From Minisyncoccales bacterium (GTDB taxonomy: Bacteria; Patescibacteriota; Minisyncoccia; Minisyncoccales; JBAMLS01), in the NCBI GenBank assembly GCA_039793445.1, contig JBAMLS010000001.1:3504-67503 (forward strand): 64,000 nucleotides of DNA, written 5' to 3'. Of this stretch, positions 9,483 to 18,745 are shown one piece after another; position 1 is the stretch's first letter, and every line of letters begins with the position of its first letter. The notes beneath the pieces were generated by a model, which saw only the letters and a program-made list of their open reading frames with translations, had not been told where the DNA came from and ran no database searches. The position numbers and the translations under genes are program-made.

Positions 9483-9698
9483 TTATATTTTCCCTAATTT
9501 TTTTAATCTTTTATATTTATTCTGAATTTCAATCTTCCTCAAAGCATCTATTTTCTTTTTATCTCTACTTTTTGGTTTCTCTCTATAAATTTTCTCTTTA
9601 ACCTCTTTTAAAATCTTATATTGTTTTACTTTTGTAGAAAACTTTCTTATTAAAGTAAATGTGTTTTCTTGGGGTTGTCTTGTAATTTTAAATGACAT
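9483..9698 (-). CDS. rpsU: 30S ribosomal protein S21
   Basis: 71 aa, basic. LIRKFSTKVKQYKILKEVKEKIYREKPKSRDKKK aligns with E. coli S21 [35 protein letters not shown]. Confidence 0.6.
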   Translation of the reverse strand: MSFKITRQPQENTFTLIRKFSTKVKQYKILKEVKEKIYREKPKSRDKKKIDALRKIEIQNKYKRLKKLGKI

Positions 9699-9707
9699 AT
9701 TTTTTAT

Positions 9708-10043
9708 TTATATATTTAAAGGGTTTTCTATTTTACCTCCTAATAAATGTAAATGTAAATGGGATATAATTTGTCCTCCTTTTTTTTCTACATTAAAAAT
9801 CAATTTATAACCTTTCAATTTTTTTTCTTTTGCAATTTTTTTTGCAGTAAAAATTAAATTAGTTATTATCTCTTTATCTTTTTCTTTTAAAGTAATAATA
9901 GATTTTATATGTTTTTTAGGAATAATCAATATGTGAATTTCAGCTTTTGGTTTTATATCATAAATCGCTATTGTTTTTTTATCTTCATAAACAATATTTG
10001 CTGGAATTTTTTTATTTATTATTTTACAAAATACGCAATTCAT
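9708..10043 (-). CDS. HIT-family (histidine triad) nucleotide hydrolase
   Basis: C-terminal histidine triad HLHLHLLGG; size 111 aa. Confidence 0.75.
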   Translation of the reverse strand: MNCVFCKIINKKIPANIVYEDKKTIAIYDIKPKAEIHILIIPKKHIKSIITLKEKDKEIITNLIFTAKKIAKEKKLKGYKLIFNVEKKGGQIISHLHLHLLGGKIENPLNI

Positions 10044-10053
10044 AAAATTTTTA

Positions 10054-11319
10054 TTATTTTTTATTTGTTAATTTAGATTTAATTTCATTAATTATTTTTT
10101 CTAAAGAAACTATTTTTTGATCTCCGCTTTTCATATCTCTTATAATAATTTTATTTTTATTTACTTCTTCTTGACCTAAAATTAAAACATACTTTACTAA
10201 TAATTTATCTGCTATTTTTAATTGCGCGCTCAAAGAATCTTTATAAAGCGCTTCTGCTACATAAATACCAGCTTTTCTAAAATCTTCTAATAATTTAAAA
10301 CTTTTCCTTTTTGATATCTGGCCTACTTGTGCTAAAAATATATCAGGTCTTTTTTTAAATTCTTTTATTTTTTGTTTTTTTTGAATTATTTCTTTTATTC
10401 TTTCAACACCTAAAGCCCCTCCTGTAGCCGGAGTATCATCTCCTCCTAAAAATTTTATAAGATTATCATATCTACCACCGCCAGCTAATGAATTATTACT
10501 ATCTTCGGTTTTAATTTCAAAAACAGTTTTTGTATAATAATCAAGTCCTCTTACTAAATAAGGATTAAGATCATAAGGAATTTCTGCTTCATCTAAAAAT
10601 TCTAAAAAGGTCTTAAAATGTTCTTTGCAACTATCACAAAGATAATCAAAAAATTGGGGCGCTTTCTCTATAATTTTTCTGCACTGCTCTTCTTTACAAT
10701 CTAATATCCTTAAAGGATTTTTTGTTAGCCTTCTTTTACAATCAGGACATAATCTATCTTGATGCTTTTTAAAATAATTTTCTAAAATTCTTTTATAAAC
10801 AGGTCTACAATTTTGATCGCCTACTGAATTAACTTCACAAATTAAATTTTCTAAACCTAATTCTTTTAATCCTTGATAAAAAATTTGAACGATTTGGGCA
10901 TCTAAAACAGGATGATTTATTCCAATAATTTCAAAACCAATTTGATAAAATTGCCGATATCTTCCCGCTTGGGGTCTCTCGTGTCTAAAAAATGGTCCAA
11001 AATACCAAAATTTTACTGGTTTTGGGACAGATTTAAAACCATGTTGTAAAAATGCCCTTATTACAGGAGGAGTACCCTCTGGTCTTAATGTTAAACTATC
11101 CCCACCTTTTGTTTCAAAACTATACATTTCTTTTTCAACGATATCTGTAAACATTCCGGTTCCCTTTTTAAAAAGATCTGTTTTTTCAAAAATAGGAGTT
11201 TCTATTTGAGAAAACCCGTAAAAATTAGCAAGATTTTGAAAAACTTTTTTAATCTTTTCATAATAAAAAAGGTCTTCTTCAAATAAATCATGCATTCCAA
11301 GCGGTGTTTGAAATTCCAT
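10054..11319 (-). CDS. hisS: Histidyl-tRNA synthetase
   Basis: Class II motifs including the HisRS-specific GGGRYDNL block (AGGGRYDNLIKFLGG); C-terminal anticodon-binding domain. Confidence 0.85.
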   Translation of the reverse strand: MEFQTPLGMHDLFEEDLFYYEKIKKVFQNLANFYGFSQIETPIFEKTDLFKKGTGMFTDIVEKEMYSFETKGGDSLTLRPEGTPPVIRAFLQHGFKSVPKPVKFWYFGPFFRHERPQAGRYRQFYQIGFEIIGINHPVLDAQIVQIFYQGLKELGLENLICEVNSVGDQNCRPVYKRILENYFKKHQDRLCPDCKRRLTKNPLRILDCKEEQCRKIIEKAPQFFDYLCDSCKEHFKTFLEFLDEAEIPYDLNPYLVRGLDYYTKTVFEIKTEDSNNSLAGGGRYDNLIKFLGGDDTPATGGALGVERIKEIIQKKQKIKEFKKRPDIFLAQVGQISKRKSFKLLEDFRKAGIYVAEALYKDSLSAQLKIADKLLVKYVLILGQEEVNKNKIIIRDMKSGDQKIVSLEKIINEIKSKLTNKK

Positions 11320-11325
11320 AATATT

Positions 11326-11895
11326 TTATTTACCAAAATAAGTAATATTATTTATTGGCCAAAGTCTTAAAATTACTCTTCCTATAATTTCTTTTCTAAA
11401 AACAGCGCCCCAATTTCGCGAATCAAAAGATTTCGTTCGATTATCGCCCATTACAAAATACTCGTTTTCACCTAAATTAATTACCTTTATATCATTTTTT
11501 AAATTTTTGTAAAATGCGTTTTTATCTATTTGAGAAAAAAAAGAACTATCAAAAGAAGAAAATTCTAAAACCCTTTCATCATTTGTGATAATATATATTT
11601 TATTATTAGAAATATAAACTTTTTCTTTTGGCAAACCGATAACTCTTTTTATGAATCTTTGAGACTCATCTTTTGGATAATGAAAAACAATAACTTCTCC
11701 CCTTTCTGGATCTCTAAAATAATAAGAAATTTCGTCAACTATTAAATAATCGCCATTATAAAAACTTGGTTCCATAGAAATACCTTTTACTAAAAAAGGT
11801 TGAAAAATAAAATATCTTATTGGCAAAACAATAACTAAAGCTAAAATCAAAATTTTTATTGTTTCCCAAAGATTATTTAGAAAATTTTTTCCCAT
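11326..11895 (-). CDS. lepB: Signal peptidase I
   Basis: S26 boxes GISMEPSF (catalytic Ser) and YFVMGDNRTKSFDSRNWG; N-terminal TM. Confidence 0.8.
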   Translation of the reverse strand: MGKNFLNNLWETIKILILALVIVLPIRYFIFQPFLVKGISMEPSFYNGDYLIVDEISYYFRDPERGEVIVFHYPKDESQRFIKRVIGLPKEKVYISNNKIYIITNDERVLEFSSFDSSFFSQIDKNAFYKNLKNDIKVINLGENEYFVMGDNRTKSFDSRNWGAVFRKEIIGRVILRLWPINNITYFGK

Positions 11896-11929
11896 TTTTT
11901 TAAATTTTAATTTTTAGATTATAACAAAG

Positions 11930-11957
11930 TTGTTAAATTTAGCAAGTTTGATAAAAT
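11930..11957 (+). promoter_or_regulatory. Putative sigma70-type promoter for pth in the divergent lepB/pth intergenic region
   Basis: TTGTTA (11930-11935), 16-nt spacer, TAAAAT (11952-11957), about 15 nt upstream of the pth ATG. Weak evidence in an AT-rich background. Confidence 0.2.
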
Positions 11958-11972
11958 AAAATTAAATAATAT

Positions 11973-12545
11973 ATGTTAATAATTATAGGTTTGGGAAATC
12001 CAGGGAAAAATTTTAAATTCACCAGACATAATCTTGGTTTTTTAGTGTTAGATAAATTCCAGAAAAAAAACAATTTCCCAGGTTTTTCATTTAATAAGGA
12101 TATACTTTCAGATAAAACAGAAAAAATATTGGCTGGTAAAAAAATAGTTTTAATAAAACCAAAAACTTTTATGAATTCTTCAGGATTAGCAGTTAAAAAA
12201 ATATTAAAAAATTACAAAATAAAAAAAGGAGACATAAAAGAAAACTTATTAATAATACATGACGATATTGATCTACCTTTTGGCAAAATAAAAATATCTG
12301 TTAATAAAAATTCTGGTGGTCATAAAGGCGTACAATCTATTATTGATACAATAAAAACAAAAAATTTTAGCAGAATTAGAATAGGTATTGCCAAGGAGAA
12401 AAAAGAAAAAGCAGAAAAATTAGTTTTAAAAAATTTTACAAAAGAAGAAATAAATTTAATAAAAGAAATTTTACAAAAAACCGTAGAAATTATTAATTTT
12501 TTTATTTTAAACGGTCTTGAAAAAACAATGTCAAAATACAATTAA
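11973..12545 (+). CDS. pth: Peptidyl-tRNA hydrolase
   Basis: Canonical N-terminus MLIIIGLGNPGKNFKFTRHNLGF and HDDIDLPFGK motif. Confidence 0.9.
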   Translation: MLIIIGLGNPGKNFKFTRHNLGFLVLDKFQKKNNFPGFSFNKDILSDKTEKILAGKKIVLIKPKTFMNSSGLAVKKILKNYKIKKGDIKENLLIIHDDIDLPFGKIKISVNKNSGGHKGVQSIIDTIKTKNFSRIRIGIAKEKKEKAEKLVLKNFTKEEINLIKEILQKTVEIINFFILNGLEKTMSKYN

Positions 12546-12553
12546 TTAAACTT

Positions 12554-13843
12554 ATGAAAGACAAAAAAAGCTGGATAGCTACCGCAACAATGGGGTATGG
12601 ACATAACAGAACTGCTTTTAATCTAAAGCATATTGCTCTCAATAATATTGTGGTAAAAGTGGATAATTATATTAATATTCCAAAATTTGATAAATTGTTT
12701 TGGACTATAAATCAAAAATCCTATAATCTTTTCTCTCATTTAATAGATATTCCACTCTTTGGAGAAAAACTATTTAGTTTTTTTGATAAATTTCAGAGAA
12801 TAGAAAACTTTTATAAAAATAAACACATCCAAAAAGTGCCCTTACAACTTAAAAATAATTATTTTTTTATAAAATTTGGGTGGGGAAAAAATATTATTTT
12901 AAAATTAAAAAATATAAATCCTCAAATCCCTTTTATTACTACTTTTTTTTCCATAGCCTATATGGCAGAAGAACACAAATACCCAGGTGAAATTTTTTGT
13001 GTAATTTGCGATACAGATATTTCAAGATCTTGGGCACCCCTTAATCCAAAAAGTAGCAAAATAAAATATTTTGTTCCTACAAAAAGAGTAAAAATAAGAT
13101 TAGAAAATTATGGTGTTAAAAAAGAAAATATTTTCTTAACAGGTTATCCTTTACCTCTTGAAAATTTAGGAGATAGAAAATTAACTTTATTAAAAAAGAC
13201 TATTTTAAAAAGATTAGAAAAACTTGACCCCAAAAATAAAACTTCAATACTATATAAACCAATAATTGAAAAATATATAGGGAAATTTCAAAATAACAAA
13301 AACAAACCCCTTACTTTAATGTTTTCAGTGGGAGGAGCCGGAGTTCAAACCAAATTAGCAGTAAATATTATCGAGAGCTTAAGAGATGAAATTAAAAGAA
13401 ATAATTTAAATTTAATTTTAGTTGCCGGGACAAATAAAAAAATAAAAGATTATTTTTTAAACCTGATAAAATTTTATAATTTAGAAAACATAAAAAATTT
13501 AGAAATTCTTTATTTTGATACTCTTGAAAAATTCTTTAGCGAATTTAACAAAAAATTAACATCAGTTGATTTAATTTTAACAAAACCAAGTGAATTATCT
13601 TTTTACGCTGCTTTGGGCATACCAATTTTAATTTTACCCCCAGTTGGCGCCCATGAAGTTCTAAATAAAAATTGGTTAATTAGAAAAGGAGCGGGTATTG
13701 AGGTCGAAAATTTAAAATATATTAAAAACTGGCTTTCTGATTTTTTAAAAGAAGGAATTTTCTTTAGAGCCTCTCTTTTTGGGTTTTTAAACATAAGAAA
13801 ATTAGGAACATTTAAGATAGAAGATATTATTCAAAAGATATGA
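12554..13843 (+). CDS. GT-B glycosyltransferase, MGDG-synthase/UgtP/MurG-like (GT28-type C-terminal domain)
   Basis: N-terminal MGYGHNRTA resembles the MGDG-synthase N-domain; C-terminal FSVGGAGVQTKL and GIPILILPPVGAHEVLNKNWLIRKGAG resemble Glyco_tran_28_C. Confidence 0.45.
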   Translation: MKDKKSWIATATMGYGHNRTAFNLKHIALNNIVVKVDNYINIPKFDKLFWTINQKSYNLFSHLIDIPLFGEKLFSFFDKFQRIENFYKNKHIQKVPLQLKNNYFFIKFGWGKNIILKLKNINPQIPFITTFFSIAYMAEEHKYPGEIFCVICDTDISRSWAPLNPKSSKIKYFVPTKRVKIRLENYGVKKENIFLTGYPLPLENLGDRKLTLLKKTILKRLEKLDPKNKTSILYKPIIEKYIGKFQNNKNKPLTLMFSVGGAGVQTKLAVNIIESLRDEIKRNNLNLILVAGTNKKIKDYFLNLIKFYNLENIKNLEILYFDTLEKFFSEFNKKLTSVDLILTKPSELSFYAALGIPILILPPVGAHEVLNKNWLIRKGAGIEVENLKYIKNWLSDFLKEGIFFRASLFGFLNIRKLGTFKIEDIIQKI

Positions 13844-14745
13844 TTTGGTTTTTTATAACGATTTTGATTTATTTTATTTTTGCTCTTGCCGCTATTTTAG
13901 ACAAATATATTTTAAGAGAAAATGCTTTAAAACCAAAAAGCTATGCTTTTTATGACAGCATTGGTGGTATATTATTTATATTTTTAATTTTTCTTCCCCA
14001 ATTTAAAATTGGGCCCAATCTTATTTTAATTGCTCTTTTAGTAGGTATTTTAAAAGTAAGCGCTATTTTTGTTTTTTATACAGCAATAAATAATTTTGAA
14101 CCTTCTAGAGTTTTACCTGCAATCGGTGGATTTTTGCCCTGTTTTACTTTCTTTTTCTCATTAGCTTTGGCGCAAAATCATTTGGAAAATCTTAATTTTG
14201 TAAGAATAATATCGCTTTTTTTATTAATATCAGGCAGTTTTTTAATAAATTTTGAAAGAAAAAAAATAAATTTAAACGCTTTAGGTTTATCTTTCTTTTC
14301 CGCATTTTTATTCTCTTTATATTTTGTTTTTGCCAAATTTTTATATTTAAATGCAAAATTTTTGAACTCTTTATTATGGATACTCTTTTTTAGCGGATTA
14401 TTTTCTTTAATTTTTTTATTTTCAAAAGAAGTAAGACTAGAGCTAAAAAAAGAAAGAAAAATTTTAAATAAAGAAACGGCGTTTACTTTTATTCTTGATA
14501 AATCTTTATCAATGATTGGAGGTTTTCTTCAGCATCTCGCAATATCTTTAGTGCCAATATCTTTATTAGCATTTATTAATGCTTTAGAAGGAATAAAATA
14601 TGTTTTTATTTTAATTCTTTCTTTATTTTTTTCTAAAAATTTTCCCACAATATTTTTAGAGAAAAAAGGAAAGAGCATATTATGCTTTAAAATTTTATCA
14701 ATCTTTTTAATTTTTGCTGGCATGTTTATTTTTTATTATTTATAA
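13840..14745 (+). CDS. Polytopic integral membrane protein (about 10 TM; possibly DMT/EamA-like)
   Basis: Hydrophobicity pattern only. Overlaps the upstream glycosyltransferase gene by 4 nt (operon). Confidence 0.3.
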   Translation: MIWFFITILIYFIFALAAILDKYILRENALKPKSYAFYDSIGGILFIFLIFLPQFKIGPNLILIALLVGILKVSAIFVFYTAINNFEPSRVLPAIGGFLPCFTFFFSLALAQNHLENLNFVRIISLFLLISGSFLINFERKKINLNALGLSFFSAFLFSLYFVFAKFLYLNAKFLNSLLWILFFSGLFSLIFLFSKEVRLELKKERKILNKETAFTFILDKSLSMIGGFLQHLAISLVPISLLAFINALEGIKYVFILILSLFFSKNFPTIFLEKKGKSILCFKILSIFLIFAGMFIFYYL

Positions 14746-14776
14746 TTTTTTTATTTTATCTTTAACATTTAATAAA

Positions 14777-15760
14777 ATGAAGAAAATGATTTTCATTATA
14801 ACAATTATCTTTTTAAGCCTTCTTTTTATTATTTATTTTTTACCCATTACAAAACCCGCAAAAAAAATCACTTGGGGAATAAATTTTGCCCAATTTTATG
14901 CACAATCTTTTGGATTAAATTGGAAAGAAACTTATTTAAAACTAATAGAAGAATTAAATGTTAAAAATATAAAGATTTTAACGGCTTGGAATTTAATAGA
15001 ACCAGAAAAAAATAAATTTTATTTTGATGATATTAAATGGCAAATAGAAAAAGCAAATGAAAAAGATATAAAACTAATTTTAGTTTTGGGAATGAAGACG
15101 GGAAGATGGCCAGAGTGTCATTTACCCGACTTTGCTAAAAAATTAAATAAAGAAGAACTCCAAAAAGAAATTTTAGAATTATTAAGAAAAGAAGTTGATG
15201 AGCTAAAGGGTTATAAAAATATTGTTGCCTGGCAGGTTGAAAATGAACCCTTTTTGAATTTTGGAGAATGTCCTTTTTATAATGACAAAAATTTTTTAGA
15301 AAAAGAAGTAAAATTAGTAAAAGAAATAGATCCTCAAAGACCAATTATAATTTCTGAAAGCGGTGAATTATCTTTTTGGACAAAAGGAGCTCAAATAGGA
15401 GATATTCTTTCTATAACTTTATATAGAAAAGTTTGGCAAAGTGAATTTAAAAAATATTTTGTTTATCCCCTATCTCCAAATTTTTATTATTTAAAAGCAA
15501 AAGCAATTGAAAAAATATTCTCAAAAAAAGTTATTTGTTCAGAACTACAAGGAGAACCATGGGGAAAAAGTAATTTATTATATAATTTTCCAATAGAAGA
15601 ACAATTAGAAGATATGACGTTAAAAGAATTAAAAAATAATATTAATTTTGCTAAAAAAACCGGATTAGATACTTTTTATTTTTGGGGAGCAGAATGGTGG
15701 TACTTTCTAAAAGAACATGGTCATGCTGAATATTATGAAGAAATGAAAAGTTTATTTTGA
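14777..15760 (+). CDS. Secreted/anchored TIM-barrel glycoside hydrolase (GH5-like, NEP acid/base motif)
   Basis: WQVENEP catalytic-acid-like motif and a later SELQGEPW block. Start moved to the internal ATG at 14777 (MKKMIFIITIIFLSLLFIIYF signal/anchor), which avoids overlap with the upstream gene; the track start is 14714. Confidence 0.45.
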   Translation: MKKMIFIITIIFLSLLFIIYFLPITKPAKKITWGINFAQFYAQSFGLNWKETYLKLIEELNVKNIKILTAWNLIEPEKNKFYFDDIKWQIEKANEKDIKLILVLGMKTGRWPECHLPDFAKKLNKEELQKEILELLRKEVDELKGYKNIVAWQVENEPFLNFGECPFYNDKNFLEKEVKLVKEIDPQRPIIISESGELSFWTKGAQIGDILSITLYRKVWQSEFKKYFVYPLSPNFYYLKAKAIEKIFSKKVICSELQGEPWGKSNLLYNFPIEEQLEDMTLKELKNNINFAKKTGLDTFYFWGAEWWYFLKEHGHAEYYEEMKSLF

Positions 15761-15769
15761 TTTTATAGT

Positions 15770-17761
15770 ATGAAAATTAATGAAATAAATGAAATTTTTA
15801 TTTGTTCTTTTCACCCCTATTTTTTAGAAAGGGAAAATTCTCAAATAAATGAAGAATTAGAAAAAATAAAAAATACTAAAGAAATAACTCCTTTTTGGGA
15901 AGAAAATGTTTTAATTTTAAGAAAAAATCAAGAAATACAAATTTCTGAAGTAATTTCAAAATTAGATAATTTAGGTTATGAAAAAGTATATTTAGTAAAT
16001 CAAATTGGAGAGTTTTCTTTGAAAGGGGGGACTTTAAATATATTTCCCGTAAATTCTAATATCGCTATCTCTATTGAATTTTTCGGAAATAAAATAGAAA
16101 AAATTTTTTATCTTCCAATTAAAATTGAAAATGAAAAATTAGCAAAAGAAATTTTAAAAAAGAAATTAAAGTCTCAAAAAATTTTTTCAAATTTAAAGGG
16201 AATAAAAATAGGAGATTTTATAAGCCATTTAGATCATGGTATTGGTATTTTTTTAGGCAAAGAAAAAATTAATGAAAGGGAATATTATATTTTAGGTTAT
16301 GCAAATGATGATAAATTATATGTACCTGTAAATTTAGAAAGAAAATTATCAAGATATATAGGATTTAAAAATCCTAAAATATCAAGATTGGGGTCTATTT
16401 TTTGGCAAAAAACAAAAAAGAAAGTAAAAGAAGATGCAGAGAAATTGGCAAAAAAACTTTTAGAAATTTATTTTAAAAAAGAAACAATAAAAAGAACCCC
16501 CTATCCAGAAAAAGATGAAATTGATAGTTATTTAGAAAATACTTTTCCTTTTGAAGAAACACCAGATCAAATAAAAGCTTTAGAAGATATAGAAGAAGAT
16601 TTAAAATCTGAAAAACCATTAGATAGAATAATTTGTGGAGATGTGGGTTTTGGAAAAACAGAAATTGCCCTAAGAACAATGGTAAGAGTAGTAAAGTCAG
16701 GAGTTCAAACTGTAATGATTTGTCCTACTACAATTTTGGCTAATCAACATTTTCAACTTTTTAAAGAAAGATTAAAAAATTTACCTATAAAAGTAGCGTT
16801 TTTAACAAGATTACAATCTAAAAGAGAACAAAAAAAAATTAAAAAAGAATTAAAAGAAGGGAAGATAGATATTTTAATTGGAACCCACAGAATTTTATCA
16901 AAAGATATAGAGTTTAATAATTTGGGTTTATTGGTAATTGATGACGAACAAAAATTCGGCGTAGAACAAAAGGAAAAACTTAGAAAATTAAAATCATCAA
17001 TTGATGTTTTATCTTTATCTGCTACTCCTATTCCCCGTACTTTATATATGGCCCTTTCTTCCATAAAAAATATTAGTTTAATTCAAACTCCTCCTTTATA
17101 CAGAAAAAGTGTAAAAACTTTTGTTTTACCGTTCAATAAAAATATTATTAAAAAAGCAATTGAATACGAGCTAAAAAGAGGTGGACAAGTTTATTATTTA
17201 CATAACTTAATAGAAACCCTTAAAGATGCTAAAAGTTTTTTAGAAAATTTAGTACCCAAAACTAAAATAGGAATTATTTATGGTAGAATGAAAGAAAAAG
17301 AATTAATAAAAACAATGAATGATTTTCAAAATAAAAAATTTGATATCCTTATTGCTACTACCATAATTGAAAATGGTTTAGATTTGCCCAATGTAAATAC
17401 ATTAATTGTAGCTGACGCTACTAAATTAGGATTATCTCAAGCCTATCAAATTAGAGGAAGAGTTGGCAGAAGCAATATAGAAGCTTTCGCTTATTTTCTT
17501 TTTCCTAAAAAATTAACACTATTAGCTAAAAAAAGATTAAAAGCATTAAAAGAAGCAAAAGAGTTAGGCTCTGGATATAAAATTGCTTTAAAAGATTTAG
17601 AAATCAGAGGCGCCGGTAATATTTTGGGTAAAGAACAATCTGGAAATATAAATAAAGTAGGTTTAAATTTATACTGTCAAATGATTGCACAATCAATAGA
17701 AAAAATGAGGAAAGATCAATTTAATATGCCATCTCTTTATATTAAAACACCATATCATTAA
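15770..17761 (+). CDS. mfd: Transcription-repair coupling factor, short form (lacks the N-terminal UvrB-homology domains)
   Basis: CarD/TRCF RNAP-interacting block IGDFISHLDHGIGIFLG; SF2 helicase motifs CGDVGFGKTE and IDDEQKFGV; C-terminal helicase domain. 663 aa versus about 1150 aa for canonical Mfd. Confidence 0.75.
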   Translation: MKINEINEIFICSFHPYFLERENSQINEELEKIKNTKEITPFWEENVLILRKNQEIQISEVISKLDNLGYEKVYLVNQIGEFSLKGGTLNIFPVNSNIAISIEFFGNKIEKIFYLPIKIENEKLAKEILKKKLKSQKIFSNLKGIKIGDFISHLDHGIGIFLGKEKINEREYYILGYANDDKLYVPVNLERKLSRYIGFKNPKISRLGSIFWQKTKKKVKEDAEKLAKKLLEIYFKKETIKRTPYPEKDEIDSYLENTFPFEETPDQIKALEDIEEDLKSEKPLDRIICGDVGFGKTEIALRTMVRVVKSGVQTVMICPTTILANQHFQLFKERLKNLPIKVAFLTRLQSKREQKKIKKELKEGKIDILIGTHRILSKDIEFNNLGLLVIDDEQKFGVEQKEKLRKLKSSIDVLSLSATPIPRTLYMALSSIKNISLIQTPPLYRKSVKTFVLPFNKNIIKKAIEYELKRGGQVYYLHNLIETLKDAKSFLENLVPKTKIGIIYGRMKEKELIKTMNDFQNKKFDILIATTIIENGLDLPNVNTLIVADATKLGLSQAYQIRGRVGRSNIEAFAYFLFPKKLTLLAKKRLKALKEAKELGSGYKIALKDLEIRGAGNILGKEQSGNINKVGLNLYCQMIAQSIEKMRKDQFNMPSLYIKTPYH

Positions 17762-17859
17762 GTAATGTTCATAGTTTTTTAAAAATTATTAAAACAAATT
17801 TTAAAATATTAAAACCGAAAAAAATATTAATTTATTTCCTTTTTTGCTATCATTAAATT

Positions 17860-18741
17860 ATGGAAGAACATTTTTTTAAAGATTGGCAAATTCAGAAAAT
17901 TTATTTTGAAGATAAAAATTTTCCAGAAATTTTAAAAAAAATAAAAAATCCCCCAAAAGTTCTTTATTTTATGGGAAAAATTTTTCCAAAAGAAAATTGT
18001 TTTGCTATTGTTGGTACAAGAAATTGTTCAGATTATGGCAAAACAATTGCTTTTAATTTCGCAAAAGATTTATCTCTTTGCGGCTTAACAATTGTTTCTG
18101 GTTTGGCAAGGGGTATAGATACTTTTGCGCATCTAGGCGCTATAGAAATTAAAAAGAGAACTATTGCCATTTTAGGTACGGGGTTAGATGAAAAAAGTTT
18201 CTATCCAAAAACAAATTTAAAATTAGCAAAAAAAATTTTAGAATTAGGGGGCTGTCTAATATCTGAATATCCACCAGGACAAATGGGAACAAAATATACC
18301 TTTCCCCAAAGAAATAGAATTATTTCTGGTATTTCTTTAGGGGCTTTAATTATAGAGGCAAAAATAAAATCTGGCGCTTTAATTACCGGCAATTTCGCGA
18401 AAAAACAAGGAAGAAAACTCTTTGCAATACCTGGTTCTATTTTTTCTAAAAACTCTCAAGGTTGTCATTTTTTAATTAAAAAAGGGGCTATCTTAGCAGA
18501 AAATCCCAATGACATTTTAAAAGAGTTAAATATAAAAATATCAAAAAGAAAAAAAATTGAACAAAACCTATCAAAAGAAGAAAAAGCAATATTAGATATT
18601 TTAGCATCTGGTCCTAAAACTATTGAAGAAATTTTAGAAAAGACAAAAATTGATCTTCAAAAAGTCTTGACAATTCTTTCAATTTTTGAGATAGATGGTA
18701 AAGTAAAAAATATAGGGAATGATGTTTTTTCTTTAAATTAA
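17860..18741 (+). CDS. dprA: DNA processing protein A (DprA/Smf)
   Basis: Rossmann-fold DprA core GLARGIDTFAHLGAI and GSIFSKNSQGCHFLIKKGA. Confidence 0.8.
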   Translation: MEEHFFKDWQIQKIYFEDKNFPEILKKIKNPPKVLYFMGKIFPKENCFAIVGTRNCSDYGKTIAFNFAKDLSLCGLTIVSGLARGIDTFAHLGAIEIKKRTIAILGTGLDEKSFYPKTNLKLAKKILELGGCLISEYPPGQMGTKYTFPQRNRIISGISLGALIIEAKIKSGALITGNFAKKQGRKLFAIPGSIFSKNSQGCHFLIKKGAILAENPNDILKELNIKISKRKKIEQNLSKEEKAILDILASGPKTIEEILEKTKIDLQKVLTILSIFEIDGKVKNIGNDVFSLN

Positions 18742-18745
18742 TTTT

